From contig JACZJN010000162.1 of the NCBI GenBank assembly GCA_014860565.1, positions 14,739-78,738 of the forward strand: DNA of 64,000 nucleotides. The letters run 5' to 3'. Positions 25,644 through 36,270 of the stretch are shown piece after piece. A model generated the notes under the pieces. It had not been told where the DNA came from and ran no database searches. It worked only from the letters and a program-made list of their open reading frames with translations. This DNA is from Bacteroidota bacterium. GTDB lineage: Bacteria; Bacteroidota; Ignavibacteria; SZUA-365. The translations under genes were made by a program, and so were the position numbers. Each line of letters begins with the position of its first letter. Position 1 is the first letter of the stretch.

Positions 25644-27755
25644 TCAATCAAAAAATACCCAGTCTACGCCAAGCCTGAAAGCCCGGTCGAACATGGGATA
25701 AAACTCCGTTGTTATGTATTGATCGTCAAAAACATTGTACAGGACGAGATGAAGTGTCGCACGCTCTTTGATGGTCGCGAAAAGGAAAATATCGATCCGT
25801 TTCATGTCCGTATAAGTGCGTGGAGCCTGATCATTGGAAATGGTCCTTAGAAAGAGCCCCGTTTCGGGGTGATACAGAAGCGGTGTAAACTGATCCGCGT
25901 ATGCGAAACGGGCACCTGCGCGAAGATCCAGTGTCCCTTCGATGAGCACACCCCTGAAATAAAGCTCGGCGGAGTAGGAAAACGGTGGTGCAAGCAGTTC
26001 CGTGACGTTGCCGTCTGATGTCACGACAGAACCTTGCTGGTCGAGATGGAAGCGCCAGACAGTAAGACGCGCGTCCGCGCTCCCGCCGTACAGACCGCGC
26101 TGAAGCCCCCCCGGAAGCTCTGTCACTTCCAGACGGTAACGGCCAAGATATGAATCTGTAAATGCTGCGGCACGAATGTCGAGATAGCGTGTCTGGTGAC
26201 GGGCAAAGCCACGTAAATCAAGCGTGAGCCAATCGGTGTTTAGACGTATACCAGCTTCGCCGATGACAGATTTATCCAGGTTCGGTGTGCGGTCTCCATC
26301 GACCGAAACGCGCTGGCCCACATACAGACGCTCTACAAGAGAACGGGGGCGTGCAGAGAACGACGCACCGCCCCAGAGACTGACCTGCCCAATCGGCAGC
26401 TCGGCCCCGGCGCCAAAGGCAATGGTGCTGCTTCCGAATTGCTGGTCCAGTCTTCCGTATCCGGAAAGAGAGACCGGACCAAATAGAAGGCTGAGTTTCC
26501 CGCGGGCATGCGCCAGGATATCCGCATCATCAAGCGTTTCACCACCCATTTCTGCTCCGTAGCGCCCGACCATTCCCTGGAGTTCCATACGCGCCCAGGA
26601 CAAACTCGTCTGATGATCCAGCACGGCCTTGAACAGGGACCAGTGATCCGTCAGATTCAATATCCCGTCAGCATTCGTGTATTCAGGATACAATGCAAGA
26701 ATATTATCCCGAAAGCGCCGGACGTCGGAATCGAAACCAATGCGCAGCTGCGTCACTTGCGCCGAGTCCTCGCTCCACTGAACGCGGGCGCCGGCTTCAG
26801 CCAGATAATGCTGTCCTTCGGTCAGCATGGTCGTGTTCACAAGTTCAGCGCTTACCGGATCAAATGCGGTCGCGGCGAAAACTCCTTCAGCTTCATTCTC
26901 GAAAAAATAGGACTGGGGAGCCGTCGAAAGAAATGTGCCGCGTATTCCACCGTTCAGCAATGTGAGATGCTCGTCGTATTGGAGACGCGTCAACAGTGAA
27001 ACAGCATCGCCAAGCTTCTTGCGATAGCGCAGTCGCACATTCCAGCTTTCATAACGGTTGTTTGCATACCGTGCAGAGTTATTGCTGCTCGAGGAACCGA
27101 TGCTCGATCTTGTAAGTCCGAAATAGATGTTGTCTTTCTCACCCGTATTGAGCGTGAACATCGCATCCGTGTAGAGGTATTCATTGGCCGCTTCGGTATG
27201 ACGCATGCGCGTGATGGGGCGGGGGGCATCCCAATATTTCTCCTCTACGCTCATCACCATGACATCACCGGGCCCCCCATACCAGAACGCCTGGTATTGG
27301 GGATAGATCGTGAATGTGCTTGCATCCTCGGTTGAGTAGCGATAGAGGTCTGGCAGCGTATTCAGAAGATTATCGGCGCTAAGCCCGTTAATGGTCACGG
27401 ATGACTGGAGCGGGGTGGATCCGCCCATTCCCAGCCAGGCGGGTTGTCCGTAATTTCCCAGGGAGAACAACGTGGCTGCCGGGTGGTTTTGTGCGATTTC
27501 ACCGATGTGGTGGTAATCGATCAGCGCAATCGAATCTTTGTCCCATAACCACACAGCCGATGAGGTGTTTGTTTGGCTGCGCAGGGGAAGAAGGCGGTCA
27601 GAGACGCCGTCGAGACTGTCGTCCGGCGCTGTCGGGAGAGCCCTGCGAAGTGCTGCCGACGAGGAACCCGACACGGTCGCACTGCTGTCAATGCCTGTCA
27701 CCTGTGCCCTCACCAGCGCACTGCAAAAGAAGAGGAGAAGCAGCGTCGATCTCAT
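25644..27755 (-). CDS. Large (about 700 aa) outer-membrane β-barrel protein (TonB-dependent-receptor-like or large porin-like).
   Basis: ATG at 27755 with signal peptide MRSTLLLLFFCSALVRAQ. The protein is rich in alternating aromatic-Gly β-strand patterns throughout. The C-terminus reads FRLGVDWVFFD. Its start overlaps the FemAB-like gene's stop by 4 nt. Confidence 0.5.
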   Translation of the reverse strand: MRSTLLLLFFCSALVRAQVTGIDSSATVSGSSSAALRRALPTAPDDSLDGVSDRLLPLRSQTNTSSAVWLWDKDSIALIDYHHIGEIAQNHPAATLFSLGNYGQPAWLGMGGSTPLQSSVTINGLSADNLLNTLPDLYRYSTEDASTFTIYPQYQAFWYGGPGDVMVMSVEEKYWDAPRPITRMRHTEAANEYLYTDAMFTLNTGEKDNIYFGLTRSSIGSSSSNNSARYANNRYESWNVRLRYRKKLGDAVSLLTRLQYDEHLTLLNGGIRGTFLSTAPQSYFFENEAEGVFAATAFDPVSAELVNTTMLTEGQHYLAEAGARVQWSEDSAQVTQLRIGFDSDVRRFRDNILALYPEYTNADGILNLTDHWSLFKAVLDHQTSLSWARMELQGMVGRYGAEMGGETLDDADILAHARGKLSLLFGPVSLSGYGRLDQQFGSSTIAFGAGAELPIGQVSLWGGASFSARPRSLVERLYVGQRVSVDGDRTPNLDKSVIGEAGIRLNTDWLTLDLRGFARHQTRYLDIRAAAFTDSYLGRYRLEVTELPGGLQRGLYGGSADARLTVWRFHLDQQGSVVTSDGNVTELLAPPFSYSAELYFRGVLIEGTLDLRAGARFAYADQFTPLLYHPETGLFLRTISNDQAPRTYTDMKRIDIFLFATIKERATLHLVLYNVFDDQYITTEFYPMFDRAFRLGVDWVFFD

Positions 27756-28735
27756 CGGAATCCTCTCTTGAATCGCAGCCGCTTGATGCGCGCGGCATTC
27801 AGATGTCGCACAAAGGCGGGACGGTACCATTCCGCCTCATGATACTCGAAGATATCACCTCCGAAACTGCGTTTGAAATCCGTGACCCCGGGAGTATTCG
27901 CGCCCATGAAATCGAACAGCGTACAACCCGACTCGCTATAATGTTGCAGGAGGGCGTGTACCAGCCAATGCGAGGAGGAAGGGGAGACGGAAGGATCGGC
28001 GCCAGCCATCCAATCGTAGAGAACGCTTCGACTTCTGATAACGACGCGTACAGCAGCATACCGGCCGTCTGCGAGCCGGGCGGCGAAGCATTGCGCAATT
28101 CCTGCCTGGCGCAATGAACTTAGCCACCGACCCATGGTTGCACCGGGAATGGGCGGAAGCTTGCCATGCCTTCGATAGCTTTGTTCGAACATGCGAACGA
28201 CAAGACTGACCGGAGGATCGTTGTCAAGCAGGAAGCCTCCCTCTGATGCGCGCCGCAACTTCCGGCGCAGCGACTGGTTGTATCCATTCCAGACATTCTC
28301 CATATCAAGGAGCGAAATTCTGATCGTTTCCTGCTTACGTAGTTGCCATCCTCGAGATCGCATCAATAACGCGTCTTCAAGTCTCGTCACCGTACTCAAC
28401 GCGATGAAGTTGAATTTCCGCTCCACCGCATCGAACAGCATTTCAAGAGAAGGAATCCGAGAATCACCATGCAGCAACCCCGCGTATAGCGTGATGGGAA
28501 GAGGGGAGGAAACGCGAAGCGGGCCGCGACGGTGCAGCAGGAGAGGAATCCCGGCGACAGGTGCACCGTCACAGGTCAGCACAAATCCGAGAGGGGGGCG
28601 CTCGAACGCCCGCCCCATAAGCGTCAACCACTTGGTGCTGCTGAAGATGGAGGCATCGGCGGATGTGTCGTGGAGACTGTCCCAGAGCCCGGGCTGTTCA
28701 TCCAACGAAACGGTATGCACGGAGCAGTTCTGCAT
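27752..28735 (-). CDS. FemAB-like / BioF2-like GNAT acyltransferase (Acetyltransf_6 family).
   Basis: The C-terminal block CTLFDFMGANTPGVTDFKRSFGG is typical of FemAB-related acyl/aminoacyl transferases. Confidence 0.6.
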   Translation of the reverse strand: MQNCSVHTVSLDEQPGLWDSLHDTSADASIFSSTKWLTLMGRAFERPPLGFVLTCDGAPVAGIPLLLHRRGPLRVSSPLPITLYAGLLHGDSRIPSLEMLFDAVERKFNFIALSTVTRLEDALLMRSRGWQLRKQETIRISLLDMENVWNGYNQSLRRKLRRASEGGFLLDNDPPVSLVVRMFEQSYRRHGKLPPIPGATMGRWLSSLRQAGIAQCFAARLADGRYAAVRVVIRSRSVLYDWMAGADPSVSPSSSHWLVHALLQHYSESGCTLFDFMGANTPGVTDFKRSFGGDIFEYHEAEWYRPAFVRHLNAARIKRLRFKRGFR

Positions 28736-28745
28736 GTTCGCAGGC

Positions 28746-29657
28746 TCAGAGGGTGAGATTCACTGTATGCTGTGCGATCAGATACGAAATCAGAAAAAGA
28801 TATTTGACGGCAATGCCCATCTGTATCCCCACGTTCGTTGCCTCCGCGCTGTCGAGGGAAACTCCGTTATTGAGTTCGCCGATCTGGTCGCCGGCCTTGG
28901 GATCGATCGACAAAAGCCATAACTGCGAAACCTCGAATGTGCGAAACATACCATTGATAAAAAGATCTTCCTGCTTTTTAGCAACGCGCACACCTTGTCG
29001 ATATTGTCGGTCAATCTGTTCGAACGCCTTTTCATATCGCTTCTCGGTGTCGATATCCCTGATGATCATGGAGGAGAGGGCATAGCAGGCCTCCGCGATG
29101 GCAGCAGCTGCTTCCACTGCGGGCGCATCGGGCCGCAAGGCCTCTATTGTTTCATCGTGTATCTGTTGAATTTCTTTCTGCTTGTCTGCCTGGCCCACGA
29201 ATTTCATCTTCGCGAGCAACGCATACATGCTGTATGTGCCTGACATCCCGTTCATGATTTTGCCCGCTTCCTCCTTACGCTGATCGTCGCCAGTTCTGAG
29301 GCGGTGGAGCTCCGTGTCGATTTCGGATGCGAACAGTCCATCCCTGTCGAGGGCGTATGCTGTCACGCCGAGGATCTGGGTAAGGCTGTATAATTCCGTG
29401 ATCAGAGTCTGAATATCGGTTGAACGATTTCCCTCGAGGTTCGATTTCCTGATTGCCTCAATATCTCCCACGAGTTTCTTCTTCTTTTCCGGATTTCCCC
29501 GGAATCCTTGAGATTCCGGTAACGAAGGAGGCTGCGACTCGAGAAAGGGAGTTTGTGCCGGAGTTTCAGGCGCGGGGCCCGGCTCCTTTTTTCGATCCGT
29601 ACTACAAGCAGTCATTCCAAAAAACAGGAAGAAGAGAAGAAAAGCGCGGAGAGACAT
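28746..29657 (-). CDS. Hypothetical lipoprotein, α-helical.
   Basis: Lipobox FFGMTACS, then a Pro/Glu-rich linker and predicted helical repeats. Its ATGA start overlaps the upstream lipoprotein gene's stop. Confidence 0.5.
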   Translation of the reverse strand: MSLRAFLLFFLFFGMTACSTDRKKEPGPAPETPAQTPFLESQPPSLPESQGFRGNPEKKKKLVGDIEAIRKSNLEGNRSTDIQTLITELYSLTQILGVTAYALDRDGLFASEIDTELHRLRTGDDQRKEEAGKIMNGMSGTYSMYALLAKMKFVGQADKQKEIQQIHDETIEALRPDAPAVEAAAAIAEACYALSSMIIRDIDTEKRYEKAFEQIDRQYRQGVRVAKKQEDLFINGMFRTFEVSQLWLLSIDPKAGDQIGELNNGVSLDSAEATNVGIQMGIAVKYLFLISYLIAQHTVNLTL

Positions 29658-30673
29658 CAGGGCAGTACCTCATTGGTGGTAAGTATCGATTTACGGATTG
29701 CCAGGAATGTGTCGGAAAAATTCTCGTAGCTCACATGAGATGCATCGACCGCGGAATAGAAAAGCAGATAGCGATTGTGCGCCGCATCCGCAATCCATTG
29801 CAGCTCGCCTCGGACAGCAAGGCCATTGTCATTTGTCACACGCTCGGTACGAAGTAATCGCAGCGGAGTGCTCGCGAGGGAATCTGGATTCCCCTTCAAT
29901 GAATCCGGAAGAGGCATGGGGAGCGCGGCCACGCGCACAAATGCTACAGGCGTAAGACTGGTCGGATCGATGTATTGAAGAGCGACGCCAGGCAGCGATG
30001 ATGATTGTGTCGGCACCGTCGTACGATGGAGACTGACGACATCCCAAGCCAAGGGGTATTTCATGAACAGAGAGAGCGTATCCGAAGCGATGCGGGAGAG
30101 GCCTTCTTCGCTCATTCGCATGGCGAACTGCTTCTCTTTCTGCCACCAGCTCGATTCGTAGTTCCCGGATTCCGCAAAGGGAATTACCCACGCGCCTCGT
30201 TCTCTTCGTAAAATGAAAGTCCCCACGCTCTCGAACGTGCTCTGATGGAGATGAACAAGGAATGTCGCAGTCACGAGCACTCGCATGGTATCCTGAAGCT
30301 CGATGTCCAGGACGTCAAATCGAGTGAATGTATAGGAGAATGGCGTCTTTCCAGCATCGGCCTGTTGGTCGAACCACACGCCGAACGAACCGCCGTCAGT
30401 GACGCCGGACGCTCGCAGGGCGCGGCGGCTCGCAGCACTGAGCAGATTGTAGGCACCCGAAGCATCATGCTCCGGTGCGAATGCTTCCACCCAGCGAAGA
30501 AATGTGTCTCGTGCTTCCCTGAAAAGGAGCATATCCGGTGGAAGTGTATTCGGTTCGCCGGTCTCTTCCTTAGGGATCGCGTGCTGCTCATTGCCACAGG
30601 ATGATAAAGAAAGCAGGGCAATGAGGAGGGTGATCCCAAGCTGTGCGTATTGGTGTCGAGTGAAACTCATCAT
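29657..30673 (-). CDS. Hypothetical lipoprotein.
   Basis: Lipobox LLSLSSCGN. 338 aa. It is the first gene of the four-gene minus-strand operon. Confidence 0.5.
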   Translation of the reverse strand: MMSFTRHQYAQLGITLLIALLSLSSCGNEQHAIPKEETGEPNTLPPDMLLFREARDTFLRWVEAFAPEHDASGAYNLLSAASRRALRASGVTDGGSFGVWFDQQADAGKTPFSYTFTRFDVLDIELQDTMRVLVTATFLVHLHQSTFESVGTFILRRERGAWVIPFAESGNYESSWWQKEKQFAMRMSEEGLSRIASDTLSLFMKYPLAWDVVSLHRTTVPTQSSSLPGVALQYIDPTSLTPVAFVRVAALPMPLPDSLKGNPDSLASTPLRLLRTERVTNDNGLAVRGELQWIADAAHNRYLLFYSAVDASHVSYENFSDTFLAIRKSILTTNEVLP

Positions 30674-30907
30674 AGTCTTAAAAGATACGGAATTCCCTCG
30701 GGTCAGGAAACAGAAAGAGGTGCACCCTTGATGGAAAGGCAGCCTCGTTTGGAAGCAATACTTGAGGAACTGGTACTAACACGCAAAGAATCAACCATTT
30801 CGAACGGCAATACCGGCATGTCGCAGCTTGACTTTATTTTGCTTCCTGCCTAACTTGTGGTTTGTGTTTCATTTTACAATCACTCTAGACGTTACACAGC
30901 ATACCAT

Positions 30908-31468
30908 ATGGGTTCAACAACTGATTTTCGGAACGGATTGATCATTCGTTTTAACGGCGATCTTCATCTGATCGTCGAATGGCGTCATCACAAACCCGGG
31001 AAGGGCGGTGCGATGGTGCAGACCAAGCTGCGCAATATGCGCAGTGGTTCCACGTTTGAGCAGCGCTTCCGACCAGGCGAAAACGTTGATGTCGTGCGCG
31101 TCGAACGTCGCAAGTACCAGTACCTCTATCCCGAGGGAGACTATCTGTGCTTCATGGATCAGGAAACCTACGATCAGATACATGTTATGGGATCTGCATT
31201 CGGAGATTCTGTCAAATTCCTCAAGGAAGGTGAAGTCTGCGAGATCTTGATGGATGGCGACACGCCTATCAGCGGTGAACTCCCGATCAATGTGGAACTC
31301 ACGGTCACCGAAACAGAACCTGGCGTTCGAGGCGACACCGCCCAAGGCGGCAGTAAACGCGCGGTTGTGGAAACCGGTGCGACGGTAAACGTCCCACTCT
31401 TTATCGAAGAGGGCGAAGTACTCAGAATCGACACTCGCAGCGGCGCGTATCTCGAACGCGTCAAATAA
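30908..31468 (+). CDS. efp: Elongation factor P.
   Basis: MGSTTDFRNGLIIRFNGDLHLIVEWRHHKPGKGGAMVQTKLRNMRSG. The conserved KPGKG loop is present. Confidence 0.9.
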   Translation: MGSTTDFRNGLIIRFNGDLHLIVEWRHHKPGKGGAMVQTKLRNMRSGSTFEQRFRPGENVDVVRVERRKYQYLYPEGDYLCFMDQETYDQIHVMGSAFGDSVKFLKEGEVCEILMDGDTPISGELPINVELTVTETEPGVRGDTAQGGSKRAVVETGATVNVPLFIEEGEVLRIDTRSGAYLERVK

Positions 31469-31498
31469 TTGCTGCCACACTCATCAAGCGGAGCTGCA

Positions 31499-31969
31499 AT
31501 GGATTTACAGTTCGTAAGGAAATGTATCAAGATCGTCAACGATGCACAGATCGCTGAGCTGGAGATAGAAGAGGATGGGAAGCGGCTGCGGATCACACGT
31601 TCTTTCGCTAACGAGACGCATGTCATGAGCATGCCGTATCCCGCCGCTCAACAGCCGGTGGCAGCACAGGTGCCTGCTGCTCCTGCGGCGCCGACCGCAG
31701 CGATGGAAACGGCCCCTGCCGGAGAGAAGCATCACGAAGTGCATTCTCCCATCGTGGGTACATTTTACCGATCATCTTCCCCTGATGCCGATCCGTATAT
31801 TCAGGTTGGCGATACCGTCGGCAAGGGACAGGTACTGTGCATTATCGAAGCGATGAAGATCATGAACGAGATCGAGTCGGATGCTTCCGGCCGAATTGTC
31901 AAGGTCCTCGTTGAGAACGGACAACCTGTCGAGTACAATCAGCCCCTCTTTCTCATCGATCCTGCCTGA
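31499..31969 (+). CDS. accB: Biotin carboxyl carrier protein of acetyl-CoA carboxylase.
   Basis: The biotinyl-lysine motif EAMKIMNEI is present, preceded by a Pro/Ala-rich linker. A GGAG RBS precedes the ATG. Confidence 0.85.
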   Translation: MDLQFVRKCIKIVNDAQIAELEIEEDGKRLRITRSFANETHVMSMPYPAAQQPVAAQVPAAPAAPTAAMETAPAGEKHHEVHSPIVGTFYRSSSPDADPYIQVGDTVGKGQVLCIIEAMKIMNEIESDASGRIVKVLVENGQPVEYNQPLFLIDPA

Positions 31970-32010
31970 TCGTCCGCGATCAGGTAGGTGACCCTACCAG
32001 AGGAGTCCAT

Positions 32011-33345
32011 TTGTTTTCGAAAATACTGATTGCCAATAGAGGCGAGATCGCCTTGCGTGTCATTCGGACGTGCAGGGTGATGGGCATCAAAACCGTGGCG
32101 GTCTATTCGACTGCCGACGAGCACTCATTGCACGTGCGTTTTGCGGACGAGGCGGTGTGTATAGGTCCACCTGCTGGCCGGGAAAGCTACCTTAATATTC
32201 CTCGGATTCTGGCAGCAGCGGAAATAACCGGTGCAGATGCCATCCACCCGGGCTATGGTTTTCTTGCCGAGAATGCCTCGTTCTCAGAAATCTGTCATGA
32301 ATCCGGTATCAAGTTCATCGGCCCCTCTCCCGACATGATTCATCGCATGGGTAACAAGTCCCTTGCCAAGGAAACGGTGCGCGCATCCCACGTGCCTACC
32401 GTGCCAGGAAGCGACGGCCTCGTTGAAAATTTGGAAGTGGGCCTCGACATCATTCAGGATATCGAATTCCCCGTCATTCTTAAAGCGTCGGCCGGGGGTG
32501 GTGGCAAGGGCATGCGTATTGTGCGCAACCGAGAGGAATTCGAGAAGCAGTTCCGTATGGCGAAGGCCGAAGCGGAATCTTCATTCAATAACGGTGATCT
32601 GTATCTTGAGAAATATATCGAGAAGCCACGGCATGTGGAGATCCAGATCGTTGGAGATCAGCATGGGAACGTGTATCACCTCGGCGAGCGCGATTGCTCT
32701 GTTCAGCGTCGGCATCAGAAGCTGATCGAAGAGTCTCCCTCTCCGGCGGTCACTCCCGATCTGCGCTTGCGCATGGGTGACGCCGCGGTAGCCGCCGCGA
32801 AGAGTATCAACTATGAAGGGGCCGGGACAATCGAATTCCTTCTTGACAAAAACAAGAATTTCTATTTTATGGAGATGAACACGCGGATTCAAGTGGAGCA
32901 TCCCGTGACAGAAGAGGTGACGGGGGTTGATCTGATTCGCGAACAAATCCGAGCCGCCGCCGGTGAATTTCTTCCTGAAGGAGGATATCCGCTTCCATTC
33001 GGACACGCGATCGAGTGCCGGATCAACGCGGAAGACCCTTCAAAAGATTTCCGCCCCTCGCCCGGTGTCATCACCACGTGGCATCAGCCCAGCGGTTTCG
33101 GCGTCCGCGTTGATTCGCATGCCTACCAGGGCTACGCTATTCCGCCTTATTACGATTCTATGATTGCGAAGCTGATCGTGCATGGACACACGCGCGAGGA
33201 AGCTCTCGACCGCATGATGCAAGCGCTGGACGAATTCGTTATTGAAGGCATATCCACGACCCTGCCGTTCCATAAAAAGGTCATGCAGCATCCCGCATTT
33301 CGCGAAGGTGATTTCGACACTCATTTTCTCGAGACGTTTTCATAA
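32011..33345 (+). CDS. accC: Biotin carboxylase.
   Basis: [22 protein letters not shown], the ATP-grasp core, [14 protein letters not shown]. Confidence 0.95.
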   Translation: MFSKILIANRGEIALRVIRTCRVMGIKTVAVYSTADEHSLHVRFADEAVCIGPPAGRESYLNIPRILAAAEITGADAIHPGYGFLAENASFSEICHESGIKFIGPSPDMIHRMGNKSLAKETVRASHVPTVPGSDGLVENLEVGLDIIQDIEFPVILKASAGGGGKGMRIVRNREEFEKQFRMAKAEAESSFNNGDLYLEKYIEKPRHVEIQIVGDQHGNVYHLGERDCSVQRRHQKLIEESPSPAVTPDLRLRMGDAAVAAAKSINYEGAGTIEFLLDKNKNFYFMEMNTRIQVEHPVTEEVTGVDLIREQIRAAAGEFLPEGGYPLPFGHAIECRINAEDPSKDFRPSPGVITTWHQPSGFGVRVDSHAYQGYAIPPYYDSMIAKLIVHGHTREEALDRMMQALDEFVIEGISTTLPFHKKVMQHPAFREGDFDTHFLETFS

Positions 33346-33383
33346 TACGGATTAAATCCCAACAGAATTTCAGGAGTGTTCCC

Positions 33384-33761
33384 ATGAATTTCCCGGAAGA
33401 TCTCAAGTACACCGATACCCACGAATGGGTGAAATTGGATGGCGATGTTGTTACGATCGGTATCACAGAATTTGCCGCAGGCGAACTCGGTGATGTTGTT
33501 TTCGTCGATATTCCGGAAGCACGCGCGGTTGCAACGGGCGAGTCGTTTGGTTCCATAGAGGCGGTGAAAACGGTTTCCGATCTTATCGCCCCGGTCGCCG
33601 GGACCATTACCGAGATCAATCCCGACCTGGAAGGAAGCCCTGAGCTCGTCAATTCAGATCCTTACGGGCAGGGATGGATGGTGAAGATGGCCATTGACGG
33701 AGTCGGAGAGTTGGATAACTTGATGGACGCAGCTCAGTACAAGCAGCTCATCGGAAAATAG
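33384..33761 (+). CDS. gcvH: Glycine cleavage system H protein.
   Basis: YTDTHEWVK and the lipoyl-lysine motif ESVKTVSDL (here SIEAVKTVSDLIAPVAG). Confidence 0.9.
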   Translation: MNFPEDLKYTDTHEWVKLDGDVVTIGITEFAAGELGDVVFVDIPEARAVATGESFGSIEAVKTVSDLIAPVAGTITEINPDLEGSPELVNSDPYGQGWMVKMAIDGVGELDNLMDAAQYKQLIGK

Positions 33762-33842
33762 TAGTTCCATTGTTAATCGTAATGACCGGACGGCCGCGCG
33801 CAGGCCGCCCGGTCAGTGTATTTTTCATCCTCCGGAAAACCC

Positions 33843-35384
33843 ATGATTCATGCAGAATGGATATGTATCGTTGATTTTGGATCCCAGTACACGCAGTTGA
33901 TCGCGCGCCGCATCCGAGAACTTGGTGTGTATTGCGAGATCCACCCCTTTCATCTTGCTCTCGATGTCATGCGAGCGAATCTGCCCGTCGGAATAATTCT
34001 TTCCGGAGGGCCCAGCAGTGTGTATGAGACAGACGCTCCCCACATTGACGGTTCCGTATTCGAGCTTGGCGTACCGCTGCTCGGAATCTGTTACGGTTTG
34101 CAGCTCATTGCCTTGCACCATCATGGCGCAGTTGATCCGGCTGCACACCGTGAATATGGAAAAGCAGAGCTTCGACTCGATAACCAGGCTGACCTGTTCA
34201 ATGGTGTTTCTCAGGATACAACTGTCTGGATGAGCCACGGTGATTCACTTTCTCGCATTCCGGATAACTTCGAGGTGATCGCGCATACGCCAAATGCACC
34301 GATATGCGCAATTCGAAACGCAGGGAAGAAGCAATATGGTGTGCAATTCCACCCCGAAGTCGTCCATTCCGTCGAAGGGAAGACGATACTTTCAAATTTC
34401 ATCTACGGTATCTGCAGAGCGCAGGGAGGGTGGAACCCACGTTCTTTCATTGAGCAGGCCATTGAGGAGATACGAGAGACCGTCGGATCGGAGCGCGTTA
34501 TCTGCGCACTGAGCGGAGGTGTTGATTCCGCAGTCGCGGCGGTTCTGCTGCACGAAGCGATAGGTGCACAGCTTCAGTGTATCCATATCGACAACGGAGT
34601 GATGCGAAAAAACGAGAGTGCACAGGTTGTCGAGACGTTCAGGGATGAGTTCCATATCCCTCTGAAGTTCGTCGATGCCACGGATCTTTTCCTTGACAGG
34701 TTGGCCGGGATCTCCGATCCGGAGCAGAAAAGAAAAATCATCGGGGCGACCTTTATCGACGTCTTCGAAAAAGAGGCTTCGGAATTTCGCGATGCAGCAT
34801 TTCTCGCGCAGGGCACACTCTACCCGGATGTTATCGAATCCGTCAATTTCAAAGGCCCCTCCGCTACGATCAAGTCGCATCACAATGTCGGTGGTCTTCC
34901 TGAACGCATGAATTTCCGGCTTATCGAACCCTTCCGTGAACTTTTCAAAGACGAGGTTCGGAATGTGGGAAGGGAATTGGGTATGCCTGCACATATACTT
35001 GATCGCCATCCATTTCCGGGCCCGGGGCTTGCCATTCGTGTACTCGGAGATATTGATCGTCCGCGGCTCGACCTTCTTCGCGATGTCGATGAAGTCTATC
35101 TCGATGAAATCCGGAAAGCAGGAGAATATGACAATATCTGGCAGGCGTTTGCCGTTCTTCTGCCCGTGAAATCAGTGGGTGTGATGGGTGACGCCCGTAC
35201 ATATGAATTTACAGTCGCGCTCCGTGCGGTCACCAGTATCGACGGAATGACCGCAGACTGGGCACGTGTCCCGTACAATGTGCTCGAGCGCATTTCAAAC
35301 CGCATTATCAACGAGGTGCGCGGTGTAAACCGCGTAGTATACGATATCAGCTCGAAACCGCCTTCGACGATTGAGTGGGAATAG
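33843..35384 (+). CDS. guaA: GMP synthase (glutamine-hydrolysing).
   Basis: The GATase catalytic motif GICYGLQL is present, followed by SGGVDSAV (the PP-loop) and the C-terminal dimerisation domain. Confidence 0.95.
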   Translation: MIHAEWICIVDFGSQYTQLIARRIRELGVYCEIHPFHLALDVMRANLPVGIILSGGPSSVYETDAPHIDGSVFELGVPLLGICYGLQLIALHHHGAVDPAAHREYGKAELRLDNQADLFNGVSQDTTVWMSHGDSLSRIPDNFEVIAHTPNAPICAIRNAGKKQYGVQFHPEVVHSVEGKTILSNFIYGICRAQGGWNPRSFIEQAIEEIRETVGSERVICALSGGVDSAVAAVLLHEAIGAQLQCIHIDNGVMRKNESAQVVETFRDEFHIPLKFVDATDLFLDRLAGISDPEQKRKIIGATFIDVFEKEASEFRDAAFLAQGTLYPDVIESVNFKGPSATIKSHHNVGGLPERMNFRLIEPFRELFKDEVRNVGRELGMPAHILDRHPFPGPGLAIRVLGDIDRPRLDLLRDVDEVYLDEIRKAGEYDNIWQAFAVLLPVKSVGVMGDARTYEFTVALRAVTSIDGMTADWARVPYNVLERISNRIINEVRGVNRVVYDISSKPPSTIEWE

Positions 35385-35385
35385 G

Positions 35386-36270
35386 ATGGTGAACGAGCAT
35401 CGCATATCGCAGCTGCTCGAGGAGGCGGTCTATTTCGAAAATCATCGCATGTGGCTTCATGCGATTCAGATCTACCAGAGACTGATCCACGACGTCCCCG
35501 AGGAGTGGAATTACCGTGTAAGACTTGGGACAGTGTATCTCGAAATGGGGAATCTGCAGGCCGCTGAACAGGTACTTCTGCAGGCACTCCGGTACGACAA
35601 GGAAAACCCCGATGTGCTTTATGCGCTGGGGCTTGCCTGCTATCAAAGCGGAGATCTAGATCGGGCACTCTTTTATCTCCAGCAACTGGCGGGGAAAAGT
35701 CTTGCGAAGGTCCATTATTCCCTCGGTCTGGTCTACTGGCGACGCTCGGAATTCGGAAGCGCCGAACGGCATTTCCGTATCGCCCTTGATCTGCAGTCCG
35801 ATCATGTCGATTCTGCCGTCGCACTCGGAGAAACCTGCCTGCGCATCGGAAAAACGCGGGAGGCGGTCGAGGCGCTTCGACGCGCGGCCATGCTCTCTCC
35901 GGGCGACGATATGATTGAGCTTACTCTTGGACAATCCCTGGTTGCGGACGGACAGTGGGATTCAGCAGCCAGCGTTTTCGAAACAATGCTTTCCCGTTCA
36001 CCCGATAATGATGATTGCGCGCATGCGCTCGCTGGCGCATGGATATCCCTGAAGCGCTTAGACGAAGCGGAGCAGCTGCTGAAGAGCCTACTGCTCCGCT
36101 TGCCGCAGCAGGCTCGTACATTGGTTATGCTCGGTCGCCTTGCTCTTCTCAAATCCAACCGCGGCAGGGCAGAATCGTACTTCAGCAGTGCTCTCGCCAT
36201 TGACCCGGAAAACGAGGAAGCGCTTGAACAGATCAGGTATTTCACTCCTCATGGCAATACTTCGGCATAG
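35386..36270 (+). CDS. TPR-repeat protein, apparently cytoplasmic.
   Basis: Multiple 34-aa TPR units (YALGLACYQSGDLDRALFYLQQ; YSLGLVYWRRSEFGSAERHFRIALDL). No signal peptide is evident. Confidence 0.6.
   Translation: MVNEHRISQLLEEAVYFENHRMWLHAIQIYQRLIHDVPEEWNYRVRLGTVYLEMGNLQAAEQVLLQALRYDKENPDVLYALGLACYQSGDLDRALFYLQQLAGKSLAKVHYSLGLVYWRRSEFGSAERHFRIALDLQSDHVDSAVALGETCLRIGKTREAVEALRRAAMLSPGDDMIELTLGQSLVADGQWDSAASVFETMLSRSPDNDDCAHALAGAWISLKRLDEAEQLLKSLLLRLPQQARTLVMLGRLALLKSNRGRAESYFSSALAIDPENEEALEQIRYFTPHGNTSA

Noticed and set aside
28191-28922. 243-aa plus-strand ORF.
   Set aside because: It is antisense to the FemAB-like gene and the lipoprotein gene.
30650-30853. 67-aa ORF in the lipoprotein–efp intergenic region.
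   Set aside because: It has no RBS or motif and lies in a promoter-like AT-richer region. It is likely non-coding.
35096-35824. 242-aa minus-strand ORF.
   Set aside because: It is antisense to the guaA/TPR junction.
36140-36250. Upstream extension of the LpoA-like ORF, starting at 36140.
   Set aside because: It would overlap the TPR gene by 130 nt. ATG 36251 gives a canonical signal peptide (MAILRHSVWLLAVLLLYGTALAQQ).
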